A stretch of DNA of 64,000 bases from Monocercomonoides exilis PA203 (Eukaryota; Protista; Preaxostyla): NCBI GenBank assembly GCA_001643675.2, contig LSRY02000050.1, positions 558,001-622,000 of the forward strand, read 5' to 3'. A program made the position numbers and the translations under genes. The notes below the pieces were generated by a model. It had not been told where the DNA came from and made no database searches. It saw only the letters and a list, made by a program, of their open reading frames with translations. Below, piece after piece: positions 1 to 12,860 of this stretch. The first letter of the stretch is position 1, and the number at the start of each line of letters is the position of its first letter.

Positions 1-1056
1 GCTTCAAGGTTTGCCTCGAAATCCACACAGAAATAGGTGAATCAACAATAACCATCAAAACAACCCAAAATGATGACTTTCAACAAAATGCAACAAGCAT
101 CTTTACCGATAAATACACGTCAAGTGGTAATCACCATCAAACGATAAATGTGTTGAAATGAATTCAAAATCCCGCATGTGCTTGGTTCCGCATATTGCAT
201 TAATCTTTCTTCGCCATCTCCACTTTGTTCATCTTCACTCATCCTCTAAGCCTTTTGGAATAAAATCTCTTTCAATGCTCAATAAACGATGCTGTCCATT
301 GTTGCCTTGATAAATTCTCTCATGCGTTCAATTATCATGCGCCCAATCACCAAAAAACTGCGAATTGCTGAAAGCTTGATTCCCTCCATCAATCTTCCTT
401 CAGCCTGGATGGCCCACTCAAGTCACGAACAAATAACAAAATTATCCTGATATCTCAAAACTTTTCTCAACACATTAAATTTGAAATATGCACTGAAACC
501 AGCAAACACTCTGAAATAACAGAAAAAATCATTTCTGACAAGGAAAGCTTCCAGAAAACTCTAAATGTGAGGGAAATAAGTGTAATATTTATGTTTGAAT
601 TTTAATCTGCAACAATGTTTAAATGCACAGTTTAATGTGCAAATTGTTGCTTTTTTGTCTCTTCTTCGAAAAGTTCTTTTCAAAGTCCTTTCGCTTCTTC
701 TTCATACTGCTCAGAATGTTAAAATAGATATTTTATTTTAATACTCAATTCCAGACATGTGGGATACTTTCCGACATGTTCAACTATTCATCGATGTTCA
801 ATCCATTTCAATGAAATGAATTATTGTTGGTTCGATCAGACAGAAAATAAACTCTTTCGTATTTGGCTAAATACGACCAATATTTCAGCTTCTTTGCGAT
901 TTCTTTTTTGACGCAGATTTTTATTAAACAAAGGAATTGAGTTTGACAATTATATTTTAATTTTGCCAATTATCAACAATGTTTGTTTTTCTGTTTGTTT
1001 TTCTGTTTTTCATTTGAAATTTTGCGGTAAATTGATCTTTGCTAATAATAGACAGA
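1..1056. repeat. Duplicated upstream non-coding block of family F (paralogous to 14633-15684; runs off the window start)
   Basis: Near-colinear match by eye, e.g. 1 gcttcaaggtttgcctcgaaatccacacagaaat vs 14633 gcttcgaggtttgcctcgaaatccacacagaaat, continuing to the ATG of both copies. Confidence 0.9.
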
Positions 1057-2496
1057 ATGAAAATGTGTGATGAAGACAAATCCAATGATGATATCCAGGA
1101 GCCGACTCTTGAAGATAAATTTTCAAGTTTGCTCATTTTGCTATTTTTTGAGTGTTCAGCACTTTTTATCTAAATAAATTTATTGAAGAATTGTTTTGTG
1201 AACTGGAGCATTGCAATGAAGATGAGCAGAGAAAGATAATTGAAGAAATGAACGGACTTGTGAAGGAAGTGAATGAAGAAGAACATAAATCTATTTTCAC
1301 AACAAGAATGTTCGACAAAATATACAAAATGATTGAAGAAAAGAAAATGACAATGGAGAATGCAATTTTGCTGCTGAAGCATGTTGGGCATTGCAAGGTG
1401 CTGAAAAATGTGTGGAATCCATGCTTTGATTCGTCTTCGCTGAACAAAAGATTTGAAAAGATGATTTTTGAAGAAGAGAAGAAAGAAGAAAAGAATGAAA
1501 AGCTTCTTGTTGATCTGTGCGAATGCTATCTTTTGCTTGGCAACCAGTTCAATTCGGAGTTGATATTAATATGTGTGCCTTGCCTTTTGAAAGCTGCTTT
1601 AAACAAGGAGGAAAATGAAAAAGCGCAAAAAGATGTGGAAATTGCTTTGCTGGCTTTGAACAATGTTGGATATTGCGTATGAGCACTTCTTTTTGATATT
1701 TTTTATGTTTTTTCCCTTTGTTTCTGACTAGGAAATTGAACAAGAATTATATTTGAATGAGACCAAAGAAATAATTGAATATCATCAGGAGCATCGGAAT
1801 CTGACACAACTTGCACATCATTCTGCATGGGACTTTTTGCTTTTCCGATTTTTGGATGACTATAGCTTAGAGGGAGAGATTGTGAATGAGCTGCATTTTG
1901 GAAGAGAAGCAGCAAGAGAATTGGAAGAATTATTGAAGTATGTTGATTGGAACAGAAAAAAAGGAGAGGAAAGAGGAATGTTAGCGAAAGAAGAACTAAT
2001 GTTGGTGAGATCGGTCGAAGCATTGGGTTCTTATTTCCTCAGATGCAAATTGTGGAATGAAGAAAATGCAGGGCTAATCAATAGCATTGTTCAGGTATAT
2101 CGAGCAGCGAAGGAAAATGACATCGTTATTAGCGATCTATGCCTTTATTCCTTGAGAAATGCAGCAGAAAATCCAGTTGTGAAAGTCAAAGACTTGTTGA
2201 AAGGAGGAGCAGTTTATGCTATTTTGGAGGAGATGCATCAGCCAACGTTGGATGACGAAACACTATTTGATTGCTTGATTATTTTTATGAACGTTTCAAT
2301 GAAATTGAAAGAAAAGACGGAAAATAAAATGGAAGAAGTTAAAAGAAAATCAACAAAAATGGAGACATTCGAAAAGATGGAAGAAGAAGGATATGAGGAT
2401 ACCATCACCACCTTTCATAAAATATTTGGATTTCTCTATAACAAATATTATGGTGATTTATCGTTGAAAATTTCAGATTATTTTGTGAATGTTTGA
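1057..2496 (+). CDS. Family F copy 1: uncharacterised ~440-aa helical protein, 3 exons (1057-1126, 1189-1676, 1732-2496)
   Basis: GT-AG introns 1127-1188 (phase 1) and 1677-1731 (phase 0) join ORFs 1152-1682 and 1753-2496 in frame; motifs KLFCELEHC, VPCLLK.A, EVE.ALLAL, HRNLT, EAARELEEL, EEEGYED, ISDY.VN recur across the 7 copies. Confidence 0.88.
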
Positions 2497-2544
2497 GGAA
2501 ATTCATTGAATTTTGTATCACATTTTTTCTTTCTTTTTTCTTTC

Positions 2545-2813
2545 TTCATTTCATTTCATTTCATTTCATTTCATTTGTTTTCTTTTCTTTTCTTTTCTTT
2601 TCTTTTCTTTTCTTTTCTTTTCTTTTCTTTTCTTTTCTTTTCTTTTCTTTTCTTTTCTTTTCTTTTCTTTTCTTTTCTTTTCTTTTCTTTTCTTTTCTTT
2701 TCTTTTCTTTTCTTTTCTTTTCTTTTCTTTTCTTTTCTTTTCTTTTCTTTTCTTTTCTTTTCTTTTCTTTTCTTTCTTTTCTTTCTTTCTTTCTTTTCTT
2801 TCTTTCTTTCTTT

Positions 2814-2862
<49 letters not shown>

Positions 2863-2863
2863 T
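2545..2863. repeat. Compound microsatellite (TTTCA)n-(TTTTC)n-(TTTC)n
   Basis: Directly visible tandem units. Confidence 0.95.
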
Positions 2864-3747
2864 TTATTTATAATAATGTTATATTGATCATGATATGAAA
2901 GCTGATTTAATTTGGAATAAATAGTGATTTTTATTATAAATTAATTATTCTCCATTAATCAAAATGAAATAATTAAATACATTCTTCTTTCAATCATATT
3001 TATTATAATAATTTGGGTAAAATAAAGCGAGATATTGTACAATGAAACAACAAAAAATACTTTTTAATGAATAATTTCCATAATCATATGTTTTATTCTT
3101 TTTCTGATTTTCAAATATCTTATTTATTTTCACGTTCATTATAAAACAGTTCATTTCATTAAGATATAGAGTGTTCTTATCTTAATTGTTCATGTTTAAA
3201 ACCCAATTCATAAAATTTCATGATAAACTTATCTTCAGATCATATCATTATTGAATATTTTTCGATTTGCTAACTGAAACAAATACATAATGTAACTTCA
3301 AATTTCTTGTAAACAGATATATTTCATAATTATAAAACTGATGCAGGAATGGCACTGCTTTCAACTTATTAAGAAAACAGTTTCCTCATTCCGCATTAGA
3401 CTCTTTGCAAATCCAAGCGTTTGATTTATGGCAGGATTAGTCCAATAATTTCAGAACATTCCTGTGGCATCTGCATTCGTATTTTGATTCAAAAATGAAA
3501 AATTTATTCTTGAATATTTATATATGCAAATAAAAGCATAAATTATACAAACTCTGATCAATATTAAAAATCTTATAGAGAAAGATAATAGAAAATTTCT
3601 TAATAACGAAAATTTAAGCAAATTAAATATCAATGAATGGTACCTCATAACTCAAAATGAACAATTATAATATTCCAAAAATTGCACGTAATTATGAAAA
3701 AATCAAAACGAGCTAATATTTGGAACGCAAATACAAAATATAATTTT

Positions 3748-4568
3748 TCACGCAACTTTCTGTTTTTTGAAAAATTGTTGAAGATATACAACTTCAACAA
3801 CTGAAGCAACAATTATAAAAATGATTGAGAGCATTGAAAACGTTTTCACTCTTTTCAAGTTTTTTTCTTAAAAAAATATTTGGAGTTCATAACAAAAATT
3901 TGAGACTTTATCAATTCATTTAAAATAGAAGCATACTAGCAGAGTGTATAACGAATTCCTCCTTTTCTCTTGTCTTTAACATTTGAACATTAATATCTTT
4001 TGTTTTCTTATCCATGAAATTGATTTTTCCTTCAAGCGTTTGAATGATAGCATCGACCTTACTCTAAAGAGAAGCAAAATTCAGTTAGAAAAAAAAAAAA
4101 TAAAATCGCATTTTATTTTCTGCTTGAAAAAAATATTAGTAAGAAAATTTCAAACATCATCGAACAAATTAACTTCTGGTCCATGGATGATATTAACTTC
4201 TACAAGAACTGGTTCATTAATTTTATTTTTTGCTATGTTGCTGTGGGCAACGCACATTTCATAATCTCCATTTGACTGGGTTGTGAATGTGAAATGGCCT
4301 TTTTGAAAATTTTCATCTAAATTCAACAGATCTCCTTTCGGACTCATCAACTATTTAATTACGAAAAAAATAAAATAGAAATAGAAAAGCATAAAAATAT
4401 AATGTTGCATGCTGAAATATCCATTGTTGTTCTTTGTTCCTCATAAAGAGAATATTCAATAATAACAAGTTCGTTTGCATCGAATTCGTGGCTTATGCAT
4501 CTTGCAACATCAGGATCAACTTCGATCAATATAGCAGAAGCAAAACTTATCAGTAAATACACAATCAT
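3748..4568 (-). CDS. p24/emp24/gp25L (GOLD domain) cargo receptor, 4 exons
   Basis: Signal peptide, GOLD-like Cys pair (ARCISHE...YEMCV), coiled coil, TM and tail YLQQFFKKQKVA*. Introns 4412-4351 (GC-AG), 4155-4064 and ~3936-3867 keep the frame. Confidence 0.88.
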
Positions 4569-4914
4569 AAAAGAAAAGCTGAAAACATATAATTAAATGA
4601 AAAGAAGATTTATCCACAAAATATATTGAATACAGAAATAAAATGATTCACATTTGTGAAAATTTTCATAAATACATTAAAATTTATACTTTATGCCTCG
4701 CAAAAACTTAACACAATCTAATTAATTTTTTAGTTTGGTTTAAGATCACTTCAAGTTACACTTTTGTTGTTTTATCTTCCTAATTCTGGTTTGAACGAAA
4801 TTTCTTTTTCATTTTTATATAATATTTTATTTGAAATGCAAAATACCACACGCATATCTATGCAAAATTCACTGAATATCAACTATTCATTTTTCTATTT
4901 ATAGAGGATTCAAA
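4569..4914. promoter_or_regulatory. Putative bidirectional promoter between head-to-head p24 and ELAPOR-like genes
   Basis: 346 bp AT-rich spacer between divergent ATGs at 4568 (-) and 4915 (+); inferred from position only. Confidence 0.5.
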
Positions 4915-7900
4915 ATGCATTATAAACGATCGTTTTTAGATTTTAAATATCTTTTTCGCTTTGCAATATCAATTGTGCTGATCCAAAGTGTTCAAATGAT
5001 TGATGGTTTGCATTGTTGATAGTTTTGTTCGGCTTTTATATTTATGTTGATGAATGATCTTTGCCTTATTTTCTGATTAAGTATGCACTGACGATGATGT
5101 GAGATTAGCGTACAGTAAATGCGTTGACGGGTTCAGAGATTTTGTTTATTATTACGATTCTAAATGTGACTCGACTGGACTTGAAGTTCCAAGACCTCAT
5201 TTTCAAGTTTCTTGCGAAAAGACTCTTCAACCTGGGGAGTTCTGGAACATAAGTTCGGGACAAGTGGAGGCCTGCCCTGACGGCACGGAGCCCGATTCCG
5301 GTGTTCTGAGGTATACCGACTGGACGACGCTTCCGCTGGAATTTGTGCTGGAGGCAGACGGGGACAATGCAGTTAACTGGAGAGCGGGAGGGTACTACCT
5401 GGGATCGGGGCTGTCAAAAGAGTATACAACGTCGAGGCTTTCATTTCCCGTGAGCATTGTCGAGGCGAAAGGCAAGCTGCGTTTCTCGTACGAGAACCAC
5501 CATACGGTGTATCAGACGACGGTGTTTAGTGTGCTTGTGGACAACCTCACAGTCATCAGGGAAGTGGAAGTGACTGAAGAATGGAAGGAGATATCGCTTG
5601 ATTTGACGTATGGGGAGCATTATGTGACGTTCGAGTTCTACGCTTCCTTTTTAGAGACGGAGCTGGCAGAGGATTGTGTGCAGATAAGGTGGATGGCGGT
5701 GGAAGGAATCGATGTTATCCCCACAAAATGCAAAAAATGCGGAGTGGGCACGGCTGGAAAAGGGGGCCAGTGCAAAAGGTGTACAAGGAATACGAAAGCA
5801 GGGGAAAAAGGGCTGGTTGAGTGTGAAGGATGTGATTTAGCACTGGAATGGAGTGAGGAAGGGAGCAGTGAATGCTTATTGAAGAAGCCATGTGGACAGG
5901 GGGATATTTTGGTGAGCTATGGGGAGTGTGTATTGGATGGGTTTACAAAGCGTAAAGTGCATTATGAGTACAGCAAAGAAGGGCACTGCAGAGAAGAAGG
6001 GGCAGAAGCTCCGTTGCCGGCTGATGGAGAAGAAGCATGCCCTCCTTGCAGTGGAGGAATGTATCGTTCGACAATCACAGGGAAATGCGAAGCTTGTGAA
6101 GACGGGACGTATCGAGAGAAGGGGGAGAAAGAAAATGAATGCAAAATATGTGGGAAAGGGAAGTATGCGAGGAAAGGGACGTTTTTTGATTCATTTGAGG
6201 AGTTTGGGGAATATTTTAGGACGAAATGTGTGTATGATGGGAGTGACGGAGGGATGGAGGGAGAAGAAGGAGGAGAAAGAGAAAGAGAAAGAGAAGGAAG
6301 AGAAAATAAAGAAGAAGAAGAAGGAAGAAGAGAGAGAGAAAGAAGAGAAGGAGAAAGAAAAGGAAGAATAAATCGTGATATAAGGATGATGATGAACAAG
6401 AAGCTAAGAGGGAGGAATAGCCAGAAATATGGCAATTTCTTCAATAGAGACAATAAATTCCATAATAATAATATTTCTTCTTCTTCTTCTTCTTCTTCAA
6501 TTTCTTATTCTTATTCTTCTTCTTCCTCTTCCTCTTCTTCTTCCTCTTCCTCTTCTAAAGGCTGGGAAATCGTCAACAACCAGCTTTCTTCAGTCAAAAC
6601 TCATTCTTCTTCTTCTCCTGTTTCTCTCTTTCTTTCCCTCAAAATCCCCGGAGTAAATGTCGGATCCTATGTGAACTTCACTTTTATTCCGCATTTCGGC
6701 CGAAATTCGTATTTGAAATATTTTCCGTCGACAGACACTGCAAAAGTGGTGAAAGATCGAAGTTTGAATGGGAAAGAAGTCGAAATACAGGCTTATTTGT
6801 ACCCGGGGGATGAAGAATTTACGTGGGTGTATGTGAGGAGAGGGGGAGTAGGAGGAGAAAAAGGAGGAAATAGAGGGAAAGAAGGAGAAGAAAGAGAAAG
6901 AAGAATAGAAAATAAAGAAAATAATAAAGAAAATAATGAAGAAACTGAAGAAGAAGAAGAAGAAGACTACGTCACCATCACCTCCATCTCTGTCATCGGC
7001 ACCTCAGACCCACTGAACGGGGCATCTTCCTGTGAAAACTGCCCTGCCGGCTTCACTTCCCAGGGAAACACCTCTGTTTGTACTCCATGCCCCAGGGGCA
7101 GTTTTGCGCGCGAATTAGGTTCGGAGAAATGTGAGGTGTGTCCGGAGAAATTTTTTGCGGATGAGGAAGGGACGAAAGAGTGTATGGAGTGTGGAGAAGG
7201 GACAATTTCAGACGAGAAGAGGGAAAAATGTGAGGTTGTGAAGTGCGGGGTGAATATGGGTGATAAATGGATGATTGATTTAGGGGTGGTGAGGAGGGAG
7301 AAGGAGAAGGAGGAGGAGAAAGAAGAAGAAGAGAAGGAAGAAGAAGAGAAAGAGAAAGAAGAAGGGGAAGGAAAGGAAAAGATTAAAGAAGAAAAAGAAG
7401 AAAAAGAAAAAGAAAGAAGAAGAAATGAAAAAAGAGGAAAGAAATCAGGCGATGCGTTGATGGAGATAAGGAAAAGAGTGCAAAAGAGAAGAAATGTGAT
7501 ATATTCATTGAAAAAGTTAATATTTGGAAATAAAGAAGAAGAAGAAAGAGAAAGAAAAGGAGGAAGAGAAAGAGAAAGAGAAGAAAGAGAAAGAGAAGGA
7601 GGAAGAAGAAATCTATATGAATTTAACAATAAATTTAAATTTAACAATAATTTCTTCAATAATAATAATAATCCTTCTTCTTCTTCTTCTTCTTCTTCTT
7701 CCTCCTCTTCTTCCTCCTCCTCTTCTTCCTCCTCCTCTTCCTCTTCCTCTTCTTCTTCTTCTTCTTCTTCTTCTTCTTCTTCTTCCCCTTCCTCTTCTTC
7801 TTCCTTCTTCTTTTCCAATGATAACAATAATAATAATACTCGATCCATGTATGGTCCCTTGTATGCCCTGGGCTTCAGTGAGAAGTTCTTCATCAACATT

Positions 7901-8356
7901 TGCTCAAGAGATTTCTCTGAAGAAGAGTGCAAAATTGAAAGAGAAGAACCGTATTACCCCCCTGTTGGTTATGAGCATGGGAATTATGATGAAATTTCTT
8001 CTTCTCTTTCTTCTTCTTCTCTTTCTTCTTCAATTAAATCATCAAAATCTTCATCTTCTTCTTCATCTTCTTCTTCTTCATTAAAATCTTCTTCTTCCTC
8101 TTCTTCTTCATTAAAATCTTCTTCCTTTTCTTCTTCTTCTTCTTCCTCACAATACATTCCCACATATGGGTGCATGGTCACTTCAGACAACAGGTCATAC
8201 AGCATTGGCTATCAGACATCGTTCACCCTGTGGACAGGAAATGAGCATATGAATAATTATAATAATAGAAATCGTTATTCTTCTTCTTCTTCTTCTTTCT
8301 CCCTTTCCTCCTCCTCCTCCTCCTCCTCCTCTTCTTCTTCTTCTTCTTCTTCTTCT

Positions 8357-8387
<31 letters not shown>

Positions 8388-9427
8388 TCTCTCCTTCTCT
8401 TCCACATGGAGTGTTAGTAACTTTATTTGCTGGTGATGAATGTTATCCTTCTTCTTCTTCTTCCCTTTCCCTTTCTCCTTCTTCTCATTCAATTTCTTCT
8501 TATTCCCTTTCTTCTTCACTTTATCCTTCCCCTTCCCCATCTCCTTCTTCTTCTTCTCCTTCTTCTCCTTCTTCTTCTCACCGCACCAAAACCGTCCTCA
8601 ACATCACCTGCAATCCACATTCCTTTGACCCATATCCATCTCCTCTGGGCAACAAAAGGGGAATTTCTTCACTTTTCCACCCAAACGAGTGCGAATTCTT
8701 CTTCGAATGGGAACATTATTCCGCTTGTCGCTTGTGTCTGGACGAAGACTACGAAATTGTTAAGGGCAAATGCGAAAGAGGGAAGAGAAAAGTGACAACT
8801 GTACTGAAGAAAGATTCGCTGTGCAGGGAATTGAATGAGAAAGAAAGGAAAGAATATTCGGAGAAAAAAATTTCTCCGGTGCGGTTTTCCTATTTAAGCT
8901 CCGGAGAAATAGAGGAGGAGGAATGCGTGGTGGAGCAGACGAGTTTGGGGCCGTGGGCGGTCGGGGGAATTATCGGCGGCGGGGCTGCGGTAGGAATTAT
9001 TGCGGTTGCTTTGATTATTCTTTTGATCATGAAAAATCGGAAATTGAAATTCCAGCTATTCCAGAGGGAGAATGTGGACTTGGACAATTTGGCGAGTTTG
9101 GAAGAGAAAGAAGGGGAGAAAGGAAAGAAGAAAGGGAAAAAAATGGGAAGGAAGATGGATTCTGAAGGGTTGCCTGAACAGGCAGCTCAAAACACGCAAA
9201 GCAGGCCAAATGAACAAGAAATGTACGATATCCATAGAGAAAGCGAGGGAAGAGAAGGACAAATAAATGGGCAAAGCATGAATCATTCATTTTCCGGTAT
9301 GCAGGGATTCAGCAGTGCACAAGCTGTGGGAGATGAAATGTATGCTGAAGTCGAAGAAGACTTTGGAAGCAGCCAACCATCTTATGTAAGCAACTATGAT
9401 GAGGGATCAATAGATCTGTCAATGTGA
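4915..9427 (+). CDS. ELAPOR1/KIAA1324 (UPF0577)-like type I membrane protein with Cys-rich repeats and an M6PR-like domain; exon 1 4915-5005, exon 2 5082-9427
   Basis: Intron 5006-5081 (GT-AG) adds a hydrophobic leader; C..DDVRLAYSKC start, repeated C..C..G.. (GCC2/ephrin-receptor-like) units, LNITCNP...CEFFFEWEHYSACRLC..DY motif, TM near the C-terminus; interrupted by poly-S and E/K/R tracts. Confidence 0.8.
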
Positions 9428-9645
9428 TTATGGTTTTGATCCTCTTTATTTATTTATGTCAATTTGGGTTGGTTCTTTGTTCAAACCTTTTTTTTTAAAA
9501 AAAAAATATTCTTTTTTCTCACTACACCAAAGTATTTTGAATAGTTTATACATCAGGATCTTAACACCAAATCCAAAAAATTTCATGTCAGAACTGTTTT
9601 ATAAAAGGTTCATTTGATCAAATTAGATCGTATCAAAATTGAAAG

Positions 9646-10338
9646 ATGGTCAACATACTCTCTGCGTTCATTCAATCAAAATTATTTTCAAATTTGTGCT
9701 ACGCATTAGTGTTGATATATGCACTTCCTTTCGTTCTGACATATTTTTATCCAACAAAGGTTCAGAAAGCAGTCCAAACTAAAGTTCCTGGTCATGGTGA
9801 TCAAGTGAAAAAAAACCAAACTCCACGTGCAATTAAATACAGCAAATCATATGTTGTCTTTATGAATGTGCTTCTTTATGTTGGAATTGTCGGACATATT
9901 GTTCTCGCCACAATTTGTTTTCTTTTCCATCCAAAGAATTATGTATTTCATGTTCCTTTGCCTGATTTTGTCAGGGCCCTTGCAGAAATCATCAACGTTC
10001 TTTTTGCCATTGTATACGTTTGGAGTCTGATTTTGCTCAATGGAAAATATCGCATTTTTGAAGGACATGGAATTCCTTATCGTCTTGTTAAAAAGGGGCC
10101 ATACAGCGAAACACGTCATCCTGTTTGCTTCTCACGAAGTGCAATGCTCGTAGCTTCTTCAGTTGCTCTTGAATGCCCAATAATGCTTTTGCCTTCTCTC
10201 ATGGGAGTTTATGCTTCAATTCGTCTTTCAATTGAAGAGGAAAAGCAACTTCATCAAGGACTGACAAGAGAGCACATCGGCTACTGCCAAAAAGTTCGTC
10301 GATTTTTGCCAAAGAACTGGAAAAAATATCTAATTTAA
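9646..10338 (+). CDS. Isoprenylcysteine carboxyl methyltransferase / phospholipid methyltransferase (ICMT/PEMT) family membrane protein
   Basis: Several hydrophobic segments; LVKKGPY...RHP motif and R..IEEE..L......Y...V.RF.P C-terminal motif typical of the family. Confidence 0.75.
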   Translation: MVNILSAFIQSKLFSNLCYALVLIYALPFVLTYFYPTKVQKAVQTKVPGHGDQVKKNQTPRAIKYSKSYVVFMNVLLYVGIVGHIVLATICFLFHPKNYVFHVPLPDFVRALAEIINVLFAIVYVWSLILLNGKYRIFEGHGIPYRLVKKGPYSETRHPVCFSRSAMLVASSVALECPIMLLPSLMGVYASIRLSIEEEKQLHQGLTREHIGYCQKVRRFLPKNWKKYLI

Positions 10339-10771
10339 ATCTTAATGAATTTCATCCATCTTTGATTTCTCCTTACCAATCGAAAATAACACTTATTGCA
10401 TTCATTATTTCCCCTACTTTCTTATAGACTTAATTTTCCCGAGTTTTTGCGTGCTCTGAAATATTTTGCGTTGCGAAGGTTTCTCATATTATTCCATTTT
10501 TTAACTATTATGAATCACAACACTATTTCAATTTTAAAAAAATATTAAAAATTTATGAGGAGTTAAAACATTTTGTTATGTTTTTAAGATAAGATGCTTT
10601 TCAATAATTTCTTAGAAAATAATATTCAATTCAATAAAAACTTCTAAAAAAAGAGTCATTTTTAATCATGTTTATAAAAAAAGAATGGCAAGCAAAAACT
10701 TAAAAAAGATATTCAAATAATGATCAATTAATTATTACCTATAAATATCTATAAAGATAATATCGAACCTT

Positions 10772-10853
10772 GACAAGGTGGCCGAGTGGTTAAGGCGTTA
10801 GCCTGCTAAGTTAATTCCCTTTGGGAGCATGGGTTCAAATCCCATCCTTGTCG
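10772..10853 (+). tRNA. tRNA-Ser (anticodon GCT)
   Basis: Acceptor stem GACAAGG/CCTTGTC, D-arm TGGCCGAGTGGTTAAGGC, anticodon loop CT-GCT-AA, long variable arm TTCCCTTTGGGA, T-arm ATGGG-TTCAAAT-CCCAT, discriminator G. Confidence 0.96.
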
Positions 10854-10855
10854 AA

Positions 10856-10863
10856 TTTTTTTT
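10856..10863 (+). terminator. Pol III terminator (T8) of tRNA-Ser
   Basis: T run 2 nt after the discriminator base. Confidence 0.8.
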
Positions 10864-10989
10864 CTTTATCAAAAAAATTGATTATCTTATTTTTCAATCC
10901 ATTTAACGAAACATTAAATACTCGTCAATGTTAGGATATTCAATCAAATACAATTCGGTAATTTTCAGAAAACAGAGTGGAAAGTTGTT

Positions 10990-11650
10990 CGATAACAAAC
11001 TGGTGTGGAACTGGTTGGTTTTTTTGCTATCAGAACCTTATCTTCAAACAGTCAATTCCTGTTTTCAAACTGCAAGCGCATTACAAATTCTGGTGGTGAT
11101 TCTACTGATGCTCTAACATTTCATTGGCCCCCGAATAATAAGCCCGACATGTTTTCAATCATTGAGTGTTTGTCAGTTTATAAGCAATAAATTGAACTCT
11201 TCTTCAACATATGGAGGTGCTGCCATTTTTTTCTATTCAACTTATTCTTGGATGAGTGGAATGAAATTCATCACATTTTGTTTTTTCGATGGAAATACTG
11301 CAATTAATGGCAGGGGGAACGATGTGTTATTTTACGGAAGTGATATTGCCCATTCTCCATTCGAGAATTGTGGCTCAACAACCCCAACACAAAGAGTGTG
11401 GAATAACAACACAGCTGAAAACGCTGAATACAACAGTTGGCTTCCAATCATCGACCAGAACAAAATAGTCTCAAATGGTGATAGTGATGTCGATGCCTGT
11501 GGCAAAACGCAGCAAAACCCATGCGAAACAGTGGAGTATGCCCTCGGATGCGTCACTCCCTTCAGCAATGTCTCCCTCTCTCTTCTCGTCTCCACTTTCA
11601 CTCCAACAAAGACTCTCACATTCAATGCGGTTGAAACAAAAATAACTTGA
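10990..11650 (+). pseudogene. Fragment of a beta-helix/pectin-lyase-like (Pmp-like) surface protein gene
   Basis: YGGAAIFF, FCFFDGNTA.NGRGNDV and D..CG....PC.TV.YA motifs; no proper start, probable frameshift near 11160, truncated. Confidence 0.55.
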
Positions 11651-12683
11651 AATAATAAACATTTTCTTATATCCTTTTGATTTCTTCAACTATTATTTTT
11701 TATTTTCATCATTTTCCATTTCATAGAAAAATCCTTGGGCTTTCATTTTCTTTTCATAAGAAGTTTATTTTTTTCAAAAATCCTAGACATCAACGAGGCA
11801 AAAATATTTCTTTGTCATAACCTCATCTAATTTTTCTTCTTCATCAAATGCAAATTCTGCTTGTTGATTATTGGAATTATCTATTTCTTCTCTTCAAATA
11901 GCATTTCATCGATCATATCTGGCAATTTTCTTCTGATAATATTTTCCTCAACTTTTCCATTTCAACTAACTTGTATCCGATTCACTCGATTTCCTTGTAT
12001 AATTTCTCTTCAAATATGCCTTTTCCTCAAAATCGCTTTTCCTCTTAATTTCATTTTCAACAAATCGCTGCAGTTTCGAAGCTGTGCATCCTGCCAAAGG
12101 ACATTTTTGGTATCTATCCATTCCAAACAATAATTGTTACAGCTCCCCTTCCTTTTTACTTCAAATGTTTCAGCTTCCAAACGAAAAAAATCAGAACAAT
12201 CCTCCTTCTTTTTTATTTTGCACTGCTAATAGCCTATTCTCCGCTTATTGTTTCTTTTATTTCGTTGTCTCATAATTTCTGCTGATATTCATTATTTGAA
12301 TAAATATTTCTTTCGTCTTTCTGAGTAGGAATGAAAGGCGAGACTAAGAGCTGAATTCGATGAGAATTTGAATGAAATGGAAATAACAATATATTTTATT
12401 CACTTATTGAAGATGGCTTCAAAGAAGAAGAATATGATGAAAAAGAAATAAAATAAAGTCGTTAAGAAGGCCTTTTTTTCATCACGAGAATAGTGATTGA
12501 AAAATGAAATGAAGGCGTATTTGGTGAATGGACGTTGAAAGGAAGAAAAGCGAATGAAATAATTTTTGGATTCAATTTTGCGGAGCTGCTGATTGCACAG
12601 CTGAAATGCATCAGAAAGTCTATGCTCTGCCCCAGCAGGAAGAAACAGATCGACAAAGATGAAGCAGAAAAAAATGAGAGGAA

Positions 12684-12860
12684 GAAGAAGGTGGAGATGA
12701 AGGTGGAGAAGAAGGTGGAGAAGAAGGTGGAGATGAAGGTGGAGAAGAAGGTGGAGAAGAAGGTGGAGAAGAAGGTGGAGAAGAAGGTGGAGAAGAAGGT
12801 GGAGAAGAAGGTGGAGAAGAAGGTGGAGAAGAAGGTGGAGAAGAAGAAGAAGAAGAAGAA
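12684..12860. repeat. 12-bp minisatellite (GAAGAAGGTGGA)n grading into (GAA)n
   Basis: Directly visible. Confidence 0.93.

Noticed and set aside
1152-2496. Treating each family F ORF pair as a two-gene module (toxin-antitoxin-like)
   Set aside because: A GT-AG intron at the same position joins the two ORFs in frame; where the first ORF ends in TGA it is part of the donor GTNTGA
2493-2898. F/S/L-rich ORFs here and similar ones at 38972-39601, 40684-41291 and 41716-42581
   Set aside because: They are translations of microsatellites, several inside introns, and are open only because the repeats lack stop codons
12684-12860. CRISPR-like or telomeric array
   Set aside because: Pure tandem 12-mer with no spacers, no cas genes and no telomeric motif; eukaryotic context
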